Shown piece after piece: positions 50,501 through 63,779 of a DNA stretch of 64,000 nucleotides. Made by a program: the position numbers and the translations under genes. Under the pieces are notes generated by a model. It did no database searches. It had not been told where the DNA came from and saw nothing but the letters and a program-made list of their open reading frames with translations. The stretch's first letter is position 1. Every line of letters starts with the position of its first letter. The stretch is from Mesotaenium endlicherianum (lineage: Eukaryota), in assembly GCA_009602735.1 (NCBI GenBank), contig WELA01003449.1, forward strand, positions 720,692-784,691. The letters are read 5' to 3'.

Positions 50501-53500
50501 AGACACAGGCGAGAAGAAGCTCTTGATGGAAGTCGAGGGCATGGAGCAACCGGCAGCAGCGCCACCCTCTGCATGGCCCCTGTCTGACCCCGCCGCACCG
50601 GCCTCCTCCTCACAGCTTTTTCTTTTCCCCAACCCTCTGCCTGTAAGTCCATTTGCCTCTGCCGTGCACAACGGCGTTACAGCTGCTCCATGACTCTTCT
50701 TGCTGGCAGGCCCCTCGGAAGTTGACACCTGGAGAACTTCAGGCGCACCTGAAGCGGTGGCTGCAGCACAATCGTGCCCCCACCCCCAACCCCCCATCAC
50801 GCGCACACCAACACACACACTAACCAAGCAGTGGGGGCATAAGGCAGACAGCAATGCAGCACCTCAGGCAGCTGCAAGAAGTAGACAACCGCGTGGCTGC
50901 TGAAGAACTCTTCATGACGTCTCTTTCCTCCTCTACGCCTCCCGGATCAGGGAGGGAGAGAGGACGGTAACGATGCACCTCCCTGACATGGCAACCCGTT
51001 CTCGCCCTCTCCTGTGTCTCCTCATCTCAGCAATTGCCCAGCTGACAGGGCAGATAGGGCCTCACGCAAGGCCCATGTCCCCAGCTGTCAGACGCGACAT
51101 GTCCCAGACCAATGACAGCTGTGTTATACCCCCAACACGGGAAGGCTCTGTGGTCCAGTCCAGCAAGGAACCTGCAGACAGCCATACGTACCAGCAATAA
51201 CGCCAGCAGCAGACGCCTTGCCTCTTTTACGCTTGTCTTTGTAGTCGGCTGGCTCAGCCGTCTTCACAAACTCGCCGCCACATGTCCTCAGGTGCCTGGA
51301 ACACACGGGCAGCGGAGAGCAAGAGGGAAGAGAGAGTAGGTCAGCCATCATCAAATTACAAGCTCTCGCTTGGCTCTGTCGCTTTCCAAAAGATCAGTGA
51401 AACATAACATCTTGTATCGTGCATCCTTTTCCGTTCCACTGCACTCCGTTGTAGTCACTTGAGTTGCTGTATGCCATAAAAAGAAGCACAAATAGAGGCA
51501 TGCAGGCGTGCAGAAAGACAGATGGAGAGACCCCATAGGGTCCTTGAGAGAATCGCACGGACGCGTCCTCAGAAGACCAAACAGGGCTCACCGGCAGGCC
51601 AAGAGACATGCTCGTGCCAGGCGCTCCTAAGCCCCCCAAGCTCTTCAGATGCTGGGGCTGGACCTTAGCGCGCTGCAGCCTCGGCTCCAAGGTCAGGCAC
51701 TTGCGACTCTGTGTGACCTGCAATAGGGGTACTGCGCTCTGCAACAAAGCAGCATTGTGGCCGCTACTTTCAAAAGGCCTAGTAAGAGTATGTTCTCCAC
51801 TTGCGCTATGCTGGTGATGGGACCGCAGAAGAGACTCACTCGTGCCAGAGGCAGCGGGGGTCGCCGCAGGAAGCTCCATCTGGCGGCCGGGCTCTGCAAT
51901 CTGAGGGGCCGGGTGTCCGATTCAGCGCCCGCTTGATCGTGCGCTGGCATGTCGCACACTGCACTTCAGATCAGTGCAAGCACCGACGCCAGAAAGTTTC
52001 AAGGACATGCATGGGGCAGGCACTCTGTCTGCCTGTCTATCTACCTCTCTCCCTCTCTCCCTCCCTCCCTCCTCTGCCTCTCTTCCCTTACTTCCCCTCG
52101 GGTGCATTCTGCAACAGTCTCTCAACACGCACATGCGTGCCAGCCAGCCACTTACGCAAGCATGCCTCAAGCAAGTGCTCCCTTGCAGGCGCTTGACTTG
52201 TAGTACTGAGCTTGACCTTTTGCGTGTGTCAAACATTCCCACAAGCAGAGCGGCAGACAGGTTCGCTGCAACAGCGTTGCTTTCCACTCTACCTCAAGAA
52301 TGAGAATGCCACCCAAAAGAATGCATGGACCCAGTAGGGAACGGAGAGCAGCGCATAACCCAGAGAGTCAGACCAGCAGCATCAGAAGTAGCAGGCAGGA
52401 TGTATGCACTTAACTACTGCCCTGGGAGCTCCGCATTACTTCTCAGCATCAGCAGTTCGCAGAACACCCCTCTCTTCCAGCCATGCTGACTGCTGCCGCA
52501 TATAGATGAAAGGTTAGAGAGGAAGGGGGAGAGGAAGCTGGAGAGGGGATGAGAGAGAGAGAAAGAGAGAGAACACAAGAGCGGGAGAGCGAGAGAGCGG
52601 GAGAGGAAGAGCAAGAGAGTGAGAGCGAGAGAGCGAGAGAGCGAGAGAGCTGACTCACAGTCCAGTGATGAACGCGATACTGGTCAACCTCATCGTGGAA
52701 GCTGTGGTACACGGAGATGGAGTAGCCCTCGGCAGGACGCTGCAGCAGCAGCAGCAGCAGCAGCAGGCAAATACATGATCTTTCCCTTGGTTCAGCAGAG
52801 CAAGCATCTGGCAGAGGTACAGAGCAATGTGCGTCTCATATGCTCCTGCACTTGCTGCTGGTGGCAGTTATACTCAGACAGAGGGTTGTACCGTTGCACA
52901 GTTGACAAGCACCGTCACCGCAGTTTCAATAAACTCTACACGCACGCATTAAGTCACAAGCACACACAAACACGCACACACAGACTGGCAATATGGACCG
53001 ATAAAGACACTCATACATAACGGTAAATTCTGCGATGCAGCCACAATCACACCAGTTGCACTTTCACAAACGCAATCACAGTGAGGAAAAAGACAGAGCC
53101 ACATTCTCGTCTCCCTCTAGCAAACAGGTGGTGTAAATATGCAAGGTACCATAGAATCAGCCGGATCATTGATGTCATTAATGTTGTCCATGATAGACCT
53201 GAAGGCCGGCCCGTGGTCGCTGAGATGTCACAGCAAGACCACAGGAGCGGGTAAGAGCATGCTCGCTATGACATATGAAATAGGACGCAGATGAGCATCC
53301 CTCGGCTCTGTGCTCAGAAGAACGCTAGCTTCGGAAAGCAGACTCTTTAGAAGGTGCTATGAATGCATCAGATATCTGACATGAGCAAACTGAGAGGCGG
53401 GCTTCGAGTTGGCACTTGAGAAGAGCCGAGGTTGCTGCTCGTGTTTCTGTTTGACAGTCTGGCCACTTGTTCAATAAGAGATGGCTCAGAGATGGATGCT

Positions 53501-54338
53501 GAACGTTGGATGATGCAGACACACTGTAACATAAGGAGAGTCGATCCTAGGTTTACATCACGTCTACATATTGCCGGCTTCGTCAAAGACTCCACGCGCA
53601 TGCAGTCATATAACATCTCCTTCACAAACAGACTGCTGCTAACATGGCTGTATCTGCTACGACACAAGAAAGCGAACAGATGGCTGCCATCGACAGTTCT
53701 TGCAGTGGTGACTGACAGTGCTCTGGCCTGCACATGTGCATTCTCAACGTGGCAAGAGGCAGGGACCTTACTCGTGATTGTCATTGTTCTGCGTCTGGAA
53801 AAGATATGCATGTATCATTTCGTGCAATAGAGTGGACTTCAAGTCGGCTGTTGACCGGAACTTCAGAAGAGGCTCTGACAACTTTATCCTACACCCACCC
53901 AAGGGTTGGTACTGGCAGATGCCTGCACAACTGCAGCACCGAAGGCAACATAAAGTGTCACCATGACCTCACTAAGTTACGAGATAGCTTCAAGCGTTAG
54001 AGCATACACAGCGAAGTCTGGAGGACAGCGAGTAGGGTTGATATAACACACAGCAAGTGTTCTCAATTGTCTCTCCTGCATGGAAGCATTAACACTTGTC
54101 TTGACACAGATACACATCATCTGAACCCACGCAATCAAGCGATATGCCACTATTCATGCGGTAAAACCACCGAGACACATGAGCAGCTACAGAACACTTA
54201 CAGCGTCATACGTCCTGAGCTCCACTCCACAGTACAGGCCTCTAATTTCCCCCTGAAGTAAAGGTCATTATAGTGAACAAACAGGGCAAATATATCGGGG
54301 CAAGGATCAAGAAGCTCTAAGTCGACCTCCTTTTCCAT
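47539..54338 (-). CDS. SPRTN: SPRTN/Spartan-like SprT zinc metalloprotease with long disordered region and C-terminal UBZ4 finger; exons 54202-54338, 53772-53930, 53150-53219, 52659-52739, 51840-51958, 51192-51295, 48016-50760, 47539-47633 (~1169 aa)
   Basis: PDIFALFVHYNDLYF..VEWSSGRMTLCAGIC, LSEPLLKFR, LLHEMIHAYLF (HExxH), DHGPAF, YHSFHDEVDQYR, IKRALNR, HLRTCGGEFVK; UBZ CPICQ..VNCHIDLCL; exon phases consistent (last two junctions inferred). Confidence 0.9.
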
Positions 54339-55619
54339 GTCTTTTAGAACCTCTTAAGGACTGAAGATGAGCACATAAATAAGCCTTTATTCTTGCACCG
54401 TTCGACTCTTGCCTGACAGAGAGGTGCACCAAATGAGCTATTTCAACACAAGGAAATAATTTCTACACATGCTCTCAACACATACGCCCTCCAGGTGAAT
54501 AACCAGATCCATGCTTTCTCTTCAATATTGCACTCCATATGTTGCGTCAAGGACTTCTTTGAAAAAATACCACCAGGCGCGCGATACTACAAACCAATAT
54601 CACATGCACTCTTCGCTTCCCCAAGCCAAAAGGGTCGGTACCAGCCTGGATAGCTAAATGAAAAGATAAGAAGCTTTGAGAAGCTTGCACTCTTAGTGAC
54701 GTGGTGACGTGCATGGAGATAGAAGTTTCAGAATCTTTCATGCAGATGCAGTTCTCTCGTTTCGAGTCGGAACTTGTTCAAGAAGCAGCAACTAGCAGTG
54801 ACTAGCACCCCACCTAGCACCTAGCAATTGCTAGCAATGCCTTCGGCTTCATGTGCAAAGACCGGCGGGGACCGGAGACCACCGGAGACGACCTAACTAA
54901 ACAAAGTAGCACAGTTCACATGTGAAAGACCCTGCTTCGCGGGAAACGAAGAATTGTCGGTCACGTGCACGGTTGCCGAGGCCAGGCCGATGCTAGCTTA
55001 AGCTTGTACCAGCTTGTACGATATTCAAGGTCGGGCCGCCGCCTGAACTTCACACGTACCCGGGGGCCCGGGCCCATGCTCTTGGCCGCTGCCAAGCACT
55101 GCCAAGACATGAACCTGACTGTATCGTCCAATTTTCGCTTCATTTTCAGTGCATTTGTGTCCACGCTTATCGTGCTCTGGTGGGGCACACATGACGGACA
55201 CGTATAGTACACACAGCAACATCAAAGTGACTTTAGGCTCTTTCCTGCAGTCTTTTGGTGCATATCTGTTCATTTGTACTTTTGACGCAGATATTTCTTC
55301 AGCGGAACTCCCTTTATGATGCTTAGTATGTAAGGGTATGTAGGACAGTTGAAAATCTGTCTCAAGCTTTTTTGGAGTGGTTTTCAGTCGACGTAATAGA
55401 CATCGCTTTTGTGGTGAGCCGAGGAGCTAAGGTCTCAAATGCAGGTGTGGTTGATACTGTAGTTGATCGAATTACGATCAGGTCCGCTAGAAAGATGTGA
55501 TCAAATGCCTCGAAAGGTTGTGTCTCCTGTGACCATCGGTTACTGCCGGCCATTCTAGCAAGTTATTGTACTGCCACCTTCTTCAATCTTCTTAGCCATC
55601 ATCTGGATTATCTGTCAGC
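54339..55619. promoter_or_regulatory. Divergent promoter region between the SPRTN-like gene and the TraB-like gene
   Basis: Head-to-head starts ~1.3 kb apart; cluster of 10-bp duplications at 54791-55110. Confidence 0.45.
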
Positions 55620-58259
55620 ATGTGTACTATAGCGGTGCAGTACTCGCTGGAAAATCCATTCTCCACCATAAGTCAAAATGAAACATCGTCTGGCAGGCCT
55701 GGCGCATTAAGTGTCAAGAGGATCATTATGCCTCGCTGCTTGTTGGCTTTTCGAAGTTCAAAAATTTCTGTTGGCCCTGCCTCTTCCACAATAGCTTCTG
55801 AAATACCGCATGCTCTTGGCATGCGGAGTCTCGCCCAAAGAACGGGGCAGATAGCTAAGGCTAGAGCTCTTGAGCTCCAAGGGGAGGTACAAACTTGGCA
55901 CCATAACAGCTCCAAGCGACGCACGTGTACATGCAAAGCAGCTGCTACGGAGTACAGGGAGGTATCACAAAGCGAAGTACAGGAGAGCCGGGGTGCATCT
56001 CTAGCTGATTTCACAAGGTTTCATAGTAGGGGCGATGGCAGCACAGAGCTTCAGACTGCAGTTGTTACTTATTGGAAACGAGGACCTTGGTGGGATATTT
56101 TGAGGCCTGAAGTGCAGGTAGGCCTTTCTACGTTGTTCATGCAGAAGAATGTCAGGTGTTCATTTGGGGGGGGTAATAACATGCATGCGCTTTACAACTG
56201 GGTCTTGATGGGAGCATCATCATTGTTGCTCTGAGCCAAGTTATGCAGAACTTGTGCCTTGCGTACTTTAGGTCTTGCCCATTGTGAGGTTCATGGTCAA
56301 AAAGACATGCAGATGTACTAGTGTTCTCGTTTAAAACTTGCTTAAGGTTGTTGGTCATTGTCATATACTGGCTGCCGCATACCAGTATTTTTGGCTGAGG
56401 AGTATTTCTGGTTGAATACTTGATGTTGATTGATGTGCAGGTGGACCTGGTTGCCTGTGTACATATCGGCGATAAAGAGTAATTTAATTCCCTACTGACA
56501 CAGAGTGTCACTCCTATTGGATGTATGCTTGTTTTAGATGCGTGGTTCAGTATTCATGACCCCAGCTGTTGCTACCTTTCTTGATTCAGGTGCTGTCTAG
56601 CTATTTGAGCACAGGAAAGAGGGCAAAGAGTGAGCACAAAAGAGTCCTAGGTGATTTACCTTCTTCGTCACTTGCCAAACTAGTTGGGTGCAATTCTAAA
56701 GAAGAGATGTAGAGGGAAATGGAGGGTTCTTCTCTCTTTCTTGGTTGCTCTGGGGGTGATTATGCTGGGGCGTTGAGACCTTTGAAGTAATATATGACTG
56801 TTATAATGAGCAGGTATTTTGAGAATCTCCAGGAGGAACTCGACACCTATGATAGAGTATTGTATGAGATGGTGGCGGACAAAGGAGACTTGGCAGATTC
56901 CAAGGATGGCAAGCTGCAGCGATGGAGACCACCCAAATTGCAAAAGACAAGCAAGTAAGCGCCCACTTGCTTCTTTTTACCGCAATTTAACACTCCCTCC
57001 TGGCTGCCCTCTCTTTTGCATAAGGGACATGCAGCACGAGTGGGTTCTTTCAAGTCTGGCCAGTCTTATGAGCTGGGTAAAATGCATGTCGTGTGCTGCT
57101 TCTATGGCATCTATCAGCTAGCTGGCTTTATGTCAGTGCTGATGAGCAAGTTGAATGCAAGCAAAGGCTTTCAACCAGGGTTTGCTGATTATTTGGTGAA
57201 TATGTATTGTGCACTTGCCACTTCCACTGAATGTGGATGATAATTGATGAGCAGGAGGGCGGGCAGCATTGTGGGGTCCATTCAGAGGCTTATGTCACAA
57301 ATACTGCAGCTCGATTTCCAGCTGGAGTGCATGGACTACAGCGCCGATAACTGGTACCATGCAGATCTGGATTACGCCACTTTCAAGCGCCTGCAGGTTT
57401 GGCCTTTTCCCCTCTCCTCTTTGGATGAGTGCAAGGGAGAGAAGCGCGACCGCTGCATCATCACTTTAGAGGATTGCCGTTAGAAAGCTCGTTACATACT
57501 GCCAACCATTGGGCACCCACAGCAATTGCCTCTGCAAGTCAGACTTATCCAAAGTAATGCAAGAAGAGTTCTGTTGCAGCGTTCTGATTGCACGCGGGAG
57601 CATAGCCCAGACATCAGCATTCAGTACCTTGCCAGCCACTTCCAGCATGTTGTTCGTAAGGGCCACCTCACCTTTCAGAAAAGCGAGACTGAAGTGCTTG
57701 CCCGAATCGGTTGCTCTGGCCTGTCCCGCTCCTGCTGCCTGCCTGCCTAGTTGCTCAGGGACTTGTGTGTGCTCTAATGCTAAGTAAGAACTCCCGACCA
57801 TCACTGCAACTTTGTGTTCGGTGTGGGCAGTCACTTACCCTGCTCTTTGAGGCGGTGCCTCGAAGTACCTATCTCATGCCTGTGCAGATTCTCACTTTCC
57901 AGACAATATTGACAGAATGTCCTCGACGTCGTGATTGTTGTGTGTTTCATGCACGTAGAAAGAACGAGGGGAGTCATTCTTCTCTTTTGCAAGGGAGATG
58001 ACAGCAATGTCCACGAAGGCTGTCGTACGAGCAGCCTCAGGATTTGCTCCGGACCTGGACCCACTCCGAAGAAGCCTCCTGTGGGCGGCCCGTTTCGTCC
58101 CCATGCCTTTGGTTGGGCTCTTTCTGATCGAGGGTGTTTGCGCCCCGTCGAGTACGCCCCTTTTGAAGACTCCTGAAGTGAAAGCGCTCCTTAATCTCGA
58201 CCTTGCCACTGCCCTGAAGGTCGTGATGGCAAAGCAGATCACGCTTGAGTAAGCCCTGT

Positions 58260-58310
<51 letters not shown>

Positions 58311-59084
58311 CGCGCGCGCTCGGATATTATGTCGACCTTAACTCTCTGCACATGCTGTCTCATGGTTAACTACTGATTTGGCCTTCTGTGGCCTGAGCTA
58401 AAGCCAGCCCAGTCCCACAATTTCGTAGTCCGCTCTTTTGATATCGTACTTTGCATGGCTGCATCTGAGGCTGCCTCAGTAAGCCAATCGTTATTCAAGA
58501 AAAGCCCATCTTTGGGACCCTGCCCCAGCATATGCGACTCTCTGGTGGATTGCATAGGTGTGGCTTTCATCTACTCTTTTGGGCTTTGACTCGTGGCGGA
58601 TTGGTACTTATAATGTATGAGTTGGGTGTCATGCAGCACTGTGGATAGTGCGGCAAGTGTGATGGAAAGCTCGGTCATTATTGGGGAGCGAAACCGTGCT
58701 GCCATGGAGGAGCTCGAGGTGGCGCTCGAAAGAGGCTGTAGGCGCATGGCCATCTTCTACGGCAGCGGTCACCTGCCTGATTTGCATCGACGGCTCACAG
58801 AAGATTTGAACCTTCGGCCCGTGGCGCGCGAGTGGAGGACGGCCTGGAACATCACCGGCAAGAGGAGGGAGCAGAAGGGGGCCTTGTCGAAATTCTTGAC
58901 GAAGCTGGCCAGGGTGTCCGGGTGGCGGCTGAATAGATATCAGACGACGGCCTTGTTCCTCTTCTCTGCTGTGTTGGCGACAGACCTATGGCTGTGGGAG
59001 GTGGTCCTGGAAAATGCGCAGGAGTATACCACCGGCTGCGTGAAGGTGTTGGTTCAGTTCATTGACCAAGGCTGGGATTTGTGA
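55620..59084 (+). CDS. Conserved uncharacterised, probably plastid-targeted protein with TraB/Tiki-like motifs and a C-terminal hydrophobic segment; exons 55620-56117, 56441-56478, 56814-56954, 57255-57396, 57959-58248, 58637-59084
   Basis: In-phase GT-AG exons; ELQTAVVTY, VDLVACVHIGDKEYF, VLYEMV, LDFQLECMDY..NWYHADLD, VIIGERN, IFYGSGHLPDL; Ser/Arg-rich N-terminus. Confidence 0.8.
58262..58307. repeat. (CT)n microsatellite
   Basis: Direct observation. Confidence 0.9.
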
Positions 59085-59874
59085 TTCTCAAGTGTGAAGA
59101 GTGTACTGTGTAAAATTATTTGTGCATTTGCTGATTTTTGTCTTTATAGAGTTATGACTTATGGTACAGGCACTCAGCCTCAATGCCCCTGCGAGAGTGG
59201 TGTGCAGGTTTTCCTTTAGGGTAGAAGTTTTGGGGAAATAAACTGGCCATGGCATTGGTGGGTATTTGCTTAACAACATAGTATATATAACATTGGTAGC
59301 AGAAAGCTTGTAGAGAACTCATGTAGCAGGGATCTGTTTTTATTTCCCTCCAAAATATGTCGATGTTGTAAAGTGGTAATAGTTTACAAGCTTTTTACAA
59401 TAGATAGATCTATGGACATTGTCGCACCCAAAATGGCATACTATTAGTCATGATTAGTCCAGTCGTTACAGCCTTGTGCATGCCACATGTACAGTGCATT
59501 TTTTATTACCCTGTGAGGAAGCATGCATACTCTTTGAGCACATCTATCACGTTTGTCTATCTCTCATGTCTAATATACAGCCATGCTTACGAGAGTGGGG
59601 TTGCTGCTGTACACAATCATTTCTCACCCAGTGTGAAGGTTTGCCCCTACTCTTGTATTTCTTCTTACACATTACTGTTTAAACAAGCCATACTTGGCAA
59701 ATACAACCGGCACTATCCCCTACTTTATGATTGATAAATACCAATCTTGGGAGGGCGGTATTAATAAACCTCATACAAGTCCCAATCTGAGGATGATGCG
59801 GCTCCCAGACCCCCAATAGGCTAGGGTTGTTCATGAGAGTACTCTCTTCCAGCTTGCCTACAATGGCAGCTATT

Positions 59875-61307
59875 TTAGTGCGCTGACCGTGCCCGTGGGA
59901 ACAGAAAATCGCAAGTGTATCGGTCAGTCCACTGCATCCACAAACAGAAACATGTACGCAGAGGGTAATGATCGTGAGAACAAAATGACTCCCATCGTGC
60001 TGAACATGAGTTTCAGTCACCACTTCAACTATGGATCGACAAACTTACTGCAAATATAGCAGCCCAGAGCACAGCATGTAAGATGCATATCCAGGTCCTT
60101 ACCTCGACCCCGAAGTAGGAGTAGAGGAGCTTGATGGCGGGATCGTTGTCAGCCAAGTACTGGTCATATGCATCGTGACGGCTGGCCACAGCCTGCATGG
60201 CAGCGGGGCTCGCATCCGGCACAGCCTCCTCCAGGAGCTGCAGGTACGACTCTAAATACTCCACAAACGCGTGGAAAAAACGCCCGTGCGGGATCTGCTT
60301 GCACGCACAACGGTTAGGCTCCAGAGAAGTACGCACATCCACCCACAAATTTGGGCAAAAAAATCAAACAATTCATGTTTGTGCAATGATGTGCGTGTCA
60401 GCGCGTGGCACACCAGAGAGACTAATACCAAAATGCTCTTCAATCAAAGCACGTGCGGTTGCTACAGGTATGGCACAAAGCCAATGCTACGCAAACAAAC
60501 AAAAGACATAAAGAGCGAGTGGCGACCATCATTACCTGCAGAGAGTGCTCGGCAGAGCCCTGGTCCGATCTGAAGATAATCATGCAGGGCGAGAAGAACT
60601 TGGGCTCAAAATGCTTGTTGCTCATCTTTGTGTGTAGGTCACTGTACTTATTGAATATAGCTTGCACGCCAGCAAAATGGCGTTCCTGCGCCCAAGAATG
60701 GAAGCAACGCACACATGATGAGCACGAGCGGCGATGTCGAAGATATGAACACCGCAACCCCGGCAGTCTCACAAACACTTGTATCCCATGATAGAGATGA
60801 GAAAGAACTTGACAATGCCACAAGCTTTCTGCTTATTGTACAATAAGGCAGTTGCCTGGCCGTGTCTTACAGAAAGGCATTCCAACCCCAGAAGCTGAAG
60901 GGTCCTAGGCCCAGATGCACACTGTAGCTATTAGTTTCTAGACCCGACTGTCTCTGGATTCAAAATCTTAGATACTGGGAGAAGGGCACGGGTGGTCATT
61001 TGTCAACTAGTTTTCATTACTCACGTCATCAGACACTTGCCCGGCCTACCTGCGGCGTAGACCTTGCCAGAGCAGAGTCACGTAAAAAAAGAAGTCCCTC
61101 CAACTAGTCTGCACCTGTACCTCAACACGTGTGGCATGTAACAACAGCAACCTTGGTCTTGCCTTCATTATTCTATTCTTTTACCAGTGGGCATGCAATG
61201 CCGGCAATATTATGCACAGAGAAAAAGAGCCCATTAGGACATAAGACATAATGGTCTCATTCGTGCCTGTAGCCAGCCATGACGTAGACATGTGTGAGCA
61301 CATACGT

Positions 61308-61348
<41 letters not shown>

Positions 61349-62819
61349 TGTGTGTGAGTGTGGGCGCGCGCGCACATATGTTGACACGTGTTAGACCTGA
61401 TCCGTCACTCGTCCACCAACATAGCTGGCATGTTGTGGACATGTTTGTGAACGCCCACAGTTATGTAGTCTAATAACCCATGATCAAGTCCTAGGTGCTC
61501 AATATGCTTCACGAGAGATTGTTGCAGTGCATGAAAAAGGGAGTACATACCAGATACTTGGGATCTTTGCTTATTGGCTGGAAATCAAGAACGCACATTA
61601 TCTTGCTAGCTCCAAATGCCAGCAAGTCCATCCCAAGTATTGGTAAATCCAAACTGCGGACCCACAAATGCCACTGCATCTTAGGCACATACCCTGGTGC
61701 AGTTCCTAGCTGCTCCTTTAAGAGATACAAGTTCATCACGGGAGTAGTAAAGCAAAGCTGCACCCATGGAAGTGAACTAGTACGTTATATAATTATAAGT
61801 TTTTGTCTGTTACGAACAGTTGAATCTGAACACAAGCTAGTGTGCAGCAGGAAGTGTCAACACATGCAGCCATCTCTACTCCACATAAGTAAATTGTGTA
61901 CATGTCGTGATTGCCCATAGCAAGCCTAAGAGGAGAAGACGGAATCGTGAAGGAGGACATAAGAGTGCTCGTGGCCACTTCGCTGCAGCAAGGGACCACC
62001 GAACAGTTCACAAGGTAGAACTGATACCTGTGGTGAGGATAGCAAAGGCTGTTGAATGCCTGCACACCATCCCCTGCATCAAGGTAGCTAAATCTGACTC
62101 GCTGAAGCCTGTCGGATTTAAATACCCAATTGTTCACTTGAGCGCCACATAGCCCCCTGGAGCTTTTCTTCAGGCTATAGTCAGACGGGAGAGGAACTTC
62201 GCGGAAGCCTGAGACTTTATCTCTCATAAGACGCAACTGGTACTCTAAGTAGGGCAGATATAGCTGACGCTCTTGATCTCTTAGGCCAGAGGTGGACGTG
62301 AAAGGATCTGCATAAACGCTGAAGAAATTAAATAAGCAGAGCTCTTGATTGGTGCCCCCCATCAAACAATGTGCTCACGGGGTGCCCCCCCTCAATTGGT
62401 TTTGTATTGATGCATTTTCAAACATCAAGAAGATGAGCTCGGCAAACACAGTGTGTAGGGAACTTACACAACTTCTCCTCAGTGTAAGTAAAGCTTTGGG
62501 ATACTATCTCGGGGTTCTGAGTAAAAAGGAGCTTGCTACGGTCCTGATCAAATGTGCGGCCTGCAGTAGCAGATTCCACAGGAGGCAAAGCCAATGACGC
62601 GGATGGTCGATTCAATCTACAGTTCTTTAATAAGTAAGTAGTCGCTTGCCTTTTAGAGATTGTAAGGGCTTCTCCATTGGAAACAAAATGTCGTAAAAAC
62701 CCCTGCAGAGACCGTGAATTTACATTTACCTCACATTTCAAGTCTACTCCCGACAATGTTCCTGCAGCTGCTAAGTGGCTCCCACATGCGTGCCAAGCAC
62801 TGGTACTACAAAACGACAT
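59875..62819 (-). CDS. PUBS: Ferredoxin-dependent bilin reductase, PebA lineage (phycourobilin synthase-like), with transit peptide; exons 62468-62819, 62028-62307, 61551-61653, 60536-60685, 60103-60294, 59875-59931
   Basis: RFSYLDAGDGVQAFNSLCYP, PILGMDLLAFG..CVLDFQP, FFSP, AYDQYLADNDPA..YFGVEWTDRY..DFLFP resemble PebA-type motifs; exon lengths keep phase. Confidence 0.82.
61306..61358. repeat. (GT)n microsatellite in intron
   Basis: Direct observation. Confidence 0.9.
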
Positions 62820-63462
62820 TGTATTGAGTTGCAAACTCGCAGCTATGGCTTCCTCAACGCTTGAGGGTTATAAATCAAACGGGCTCACGAACTGATGGGA
62901 CTTCAGGGCCTTGCTATATCGTAGATGTTGCTTGTGGCAACAGATGTGACTTCCTCGGAGACTTTTGAAGACATGGACGTGTTGTATCTTGTGACCCGCA
63001 AGTTACTCTCGCGCCAGTGTTGGCAACGCTGCACAACGCTGTACCATTCTCCTCCGATCTTTTCCTTGGATTGTTCTCAGATTGCTAAGTGGTCTGCTTC
63101 ACTCTGCACTCCGCTTAGTCCAGGTCGTGTCCGTATCACTACGTGACGTTGACTTTCACGAACAAATGTGTCACGTGCTACAGAATTTAAACACTAGTGT
63201 CTACTTTGATGGACGCTTGTGAAAGTTTTTGCGCCGCTACTCCAGAATTACCACCGATTGGTGCAAACTGGACAGAAATACCCAGATTCTGCCAATTTGG
63301 ACAAAAGTTACCACTTTTTCGTCCCGAACCTGTTTTGTTGCTCTCACTGTATATTTTGCACTGCGAGTGTGCGGGGCGGAGAACATAATCTTGGCCCAAG
63401 AGTGTGCGGAGCGGAGGGTGTAGGCGGAGGGTGTGCGGAGCGGAGCTTGCGAGTATGCGGAG

Positions 63463-63713
63463 CCAATTAGGGTGTAGGCTGCCCGTACTTACCGGGCCCC
63501 CTGGGGTCGTTTAGTTTGGTTTAATGTTCGATGGGTCGCACCTCGATTTCGTGTGCGGGGCGGAGGAGAGAGTGTGCGGGGCCGAGGAGAGAGTGCGGAG
63601 CGGAAAACGACCACGGGCGGATCCAATTAGGGTGTAGGCTGCCCGCACTGACCGGGCCCCCTGGGGTCGTTTAGTTTGGTTTAATGTTCGATGGGTCGCA
63701 CCTCGATTTCGTG
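63463..63713. repeat. Direct repeat: two ~91-bp near-identical blocks 160 bp apart, among GTGTGCGG(A/G)GCGGAG subrepeats
   Basis: CCAATTAGGGTGTAGGCTGCCCG...CACCTCGATTTCGTG at 63463 and 63623. Confidence 0.9.
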
Positions 63714-63779
63714 CTAACTTTTAAGTAAGGGTGTCGCGACTACCATCCGTTTGACGGTGCCGCACGCGCAGCGCAAGCT

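Noticed and set aside
47936..50854. 972-aa ORF as a stand-alone gene
   Set aside because: Better explained as the large internal exon (48016-50760) of the SPRTN-like gene
62703..62729. 27-nt GTAAAT..CTGCAG segment resembling a tiny intron in the PUBS transit peptide
   Set aside because: Far shorter than other introns here, in frame and stop-free; probably coincidental without RNA evidence
63500..63555. tRNA A-box-like sequence in the 160-bp repeat
   Set aside because: No B-box or cloverleaf could be formed
63365..63713. CRISPR-like repeat/spacer appearance
   Set aside because: Only two long copies, irregular spacing, eukaryotic context, no cas genes
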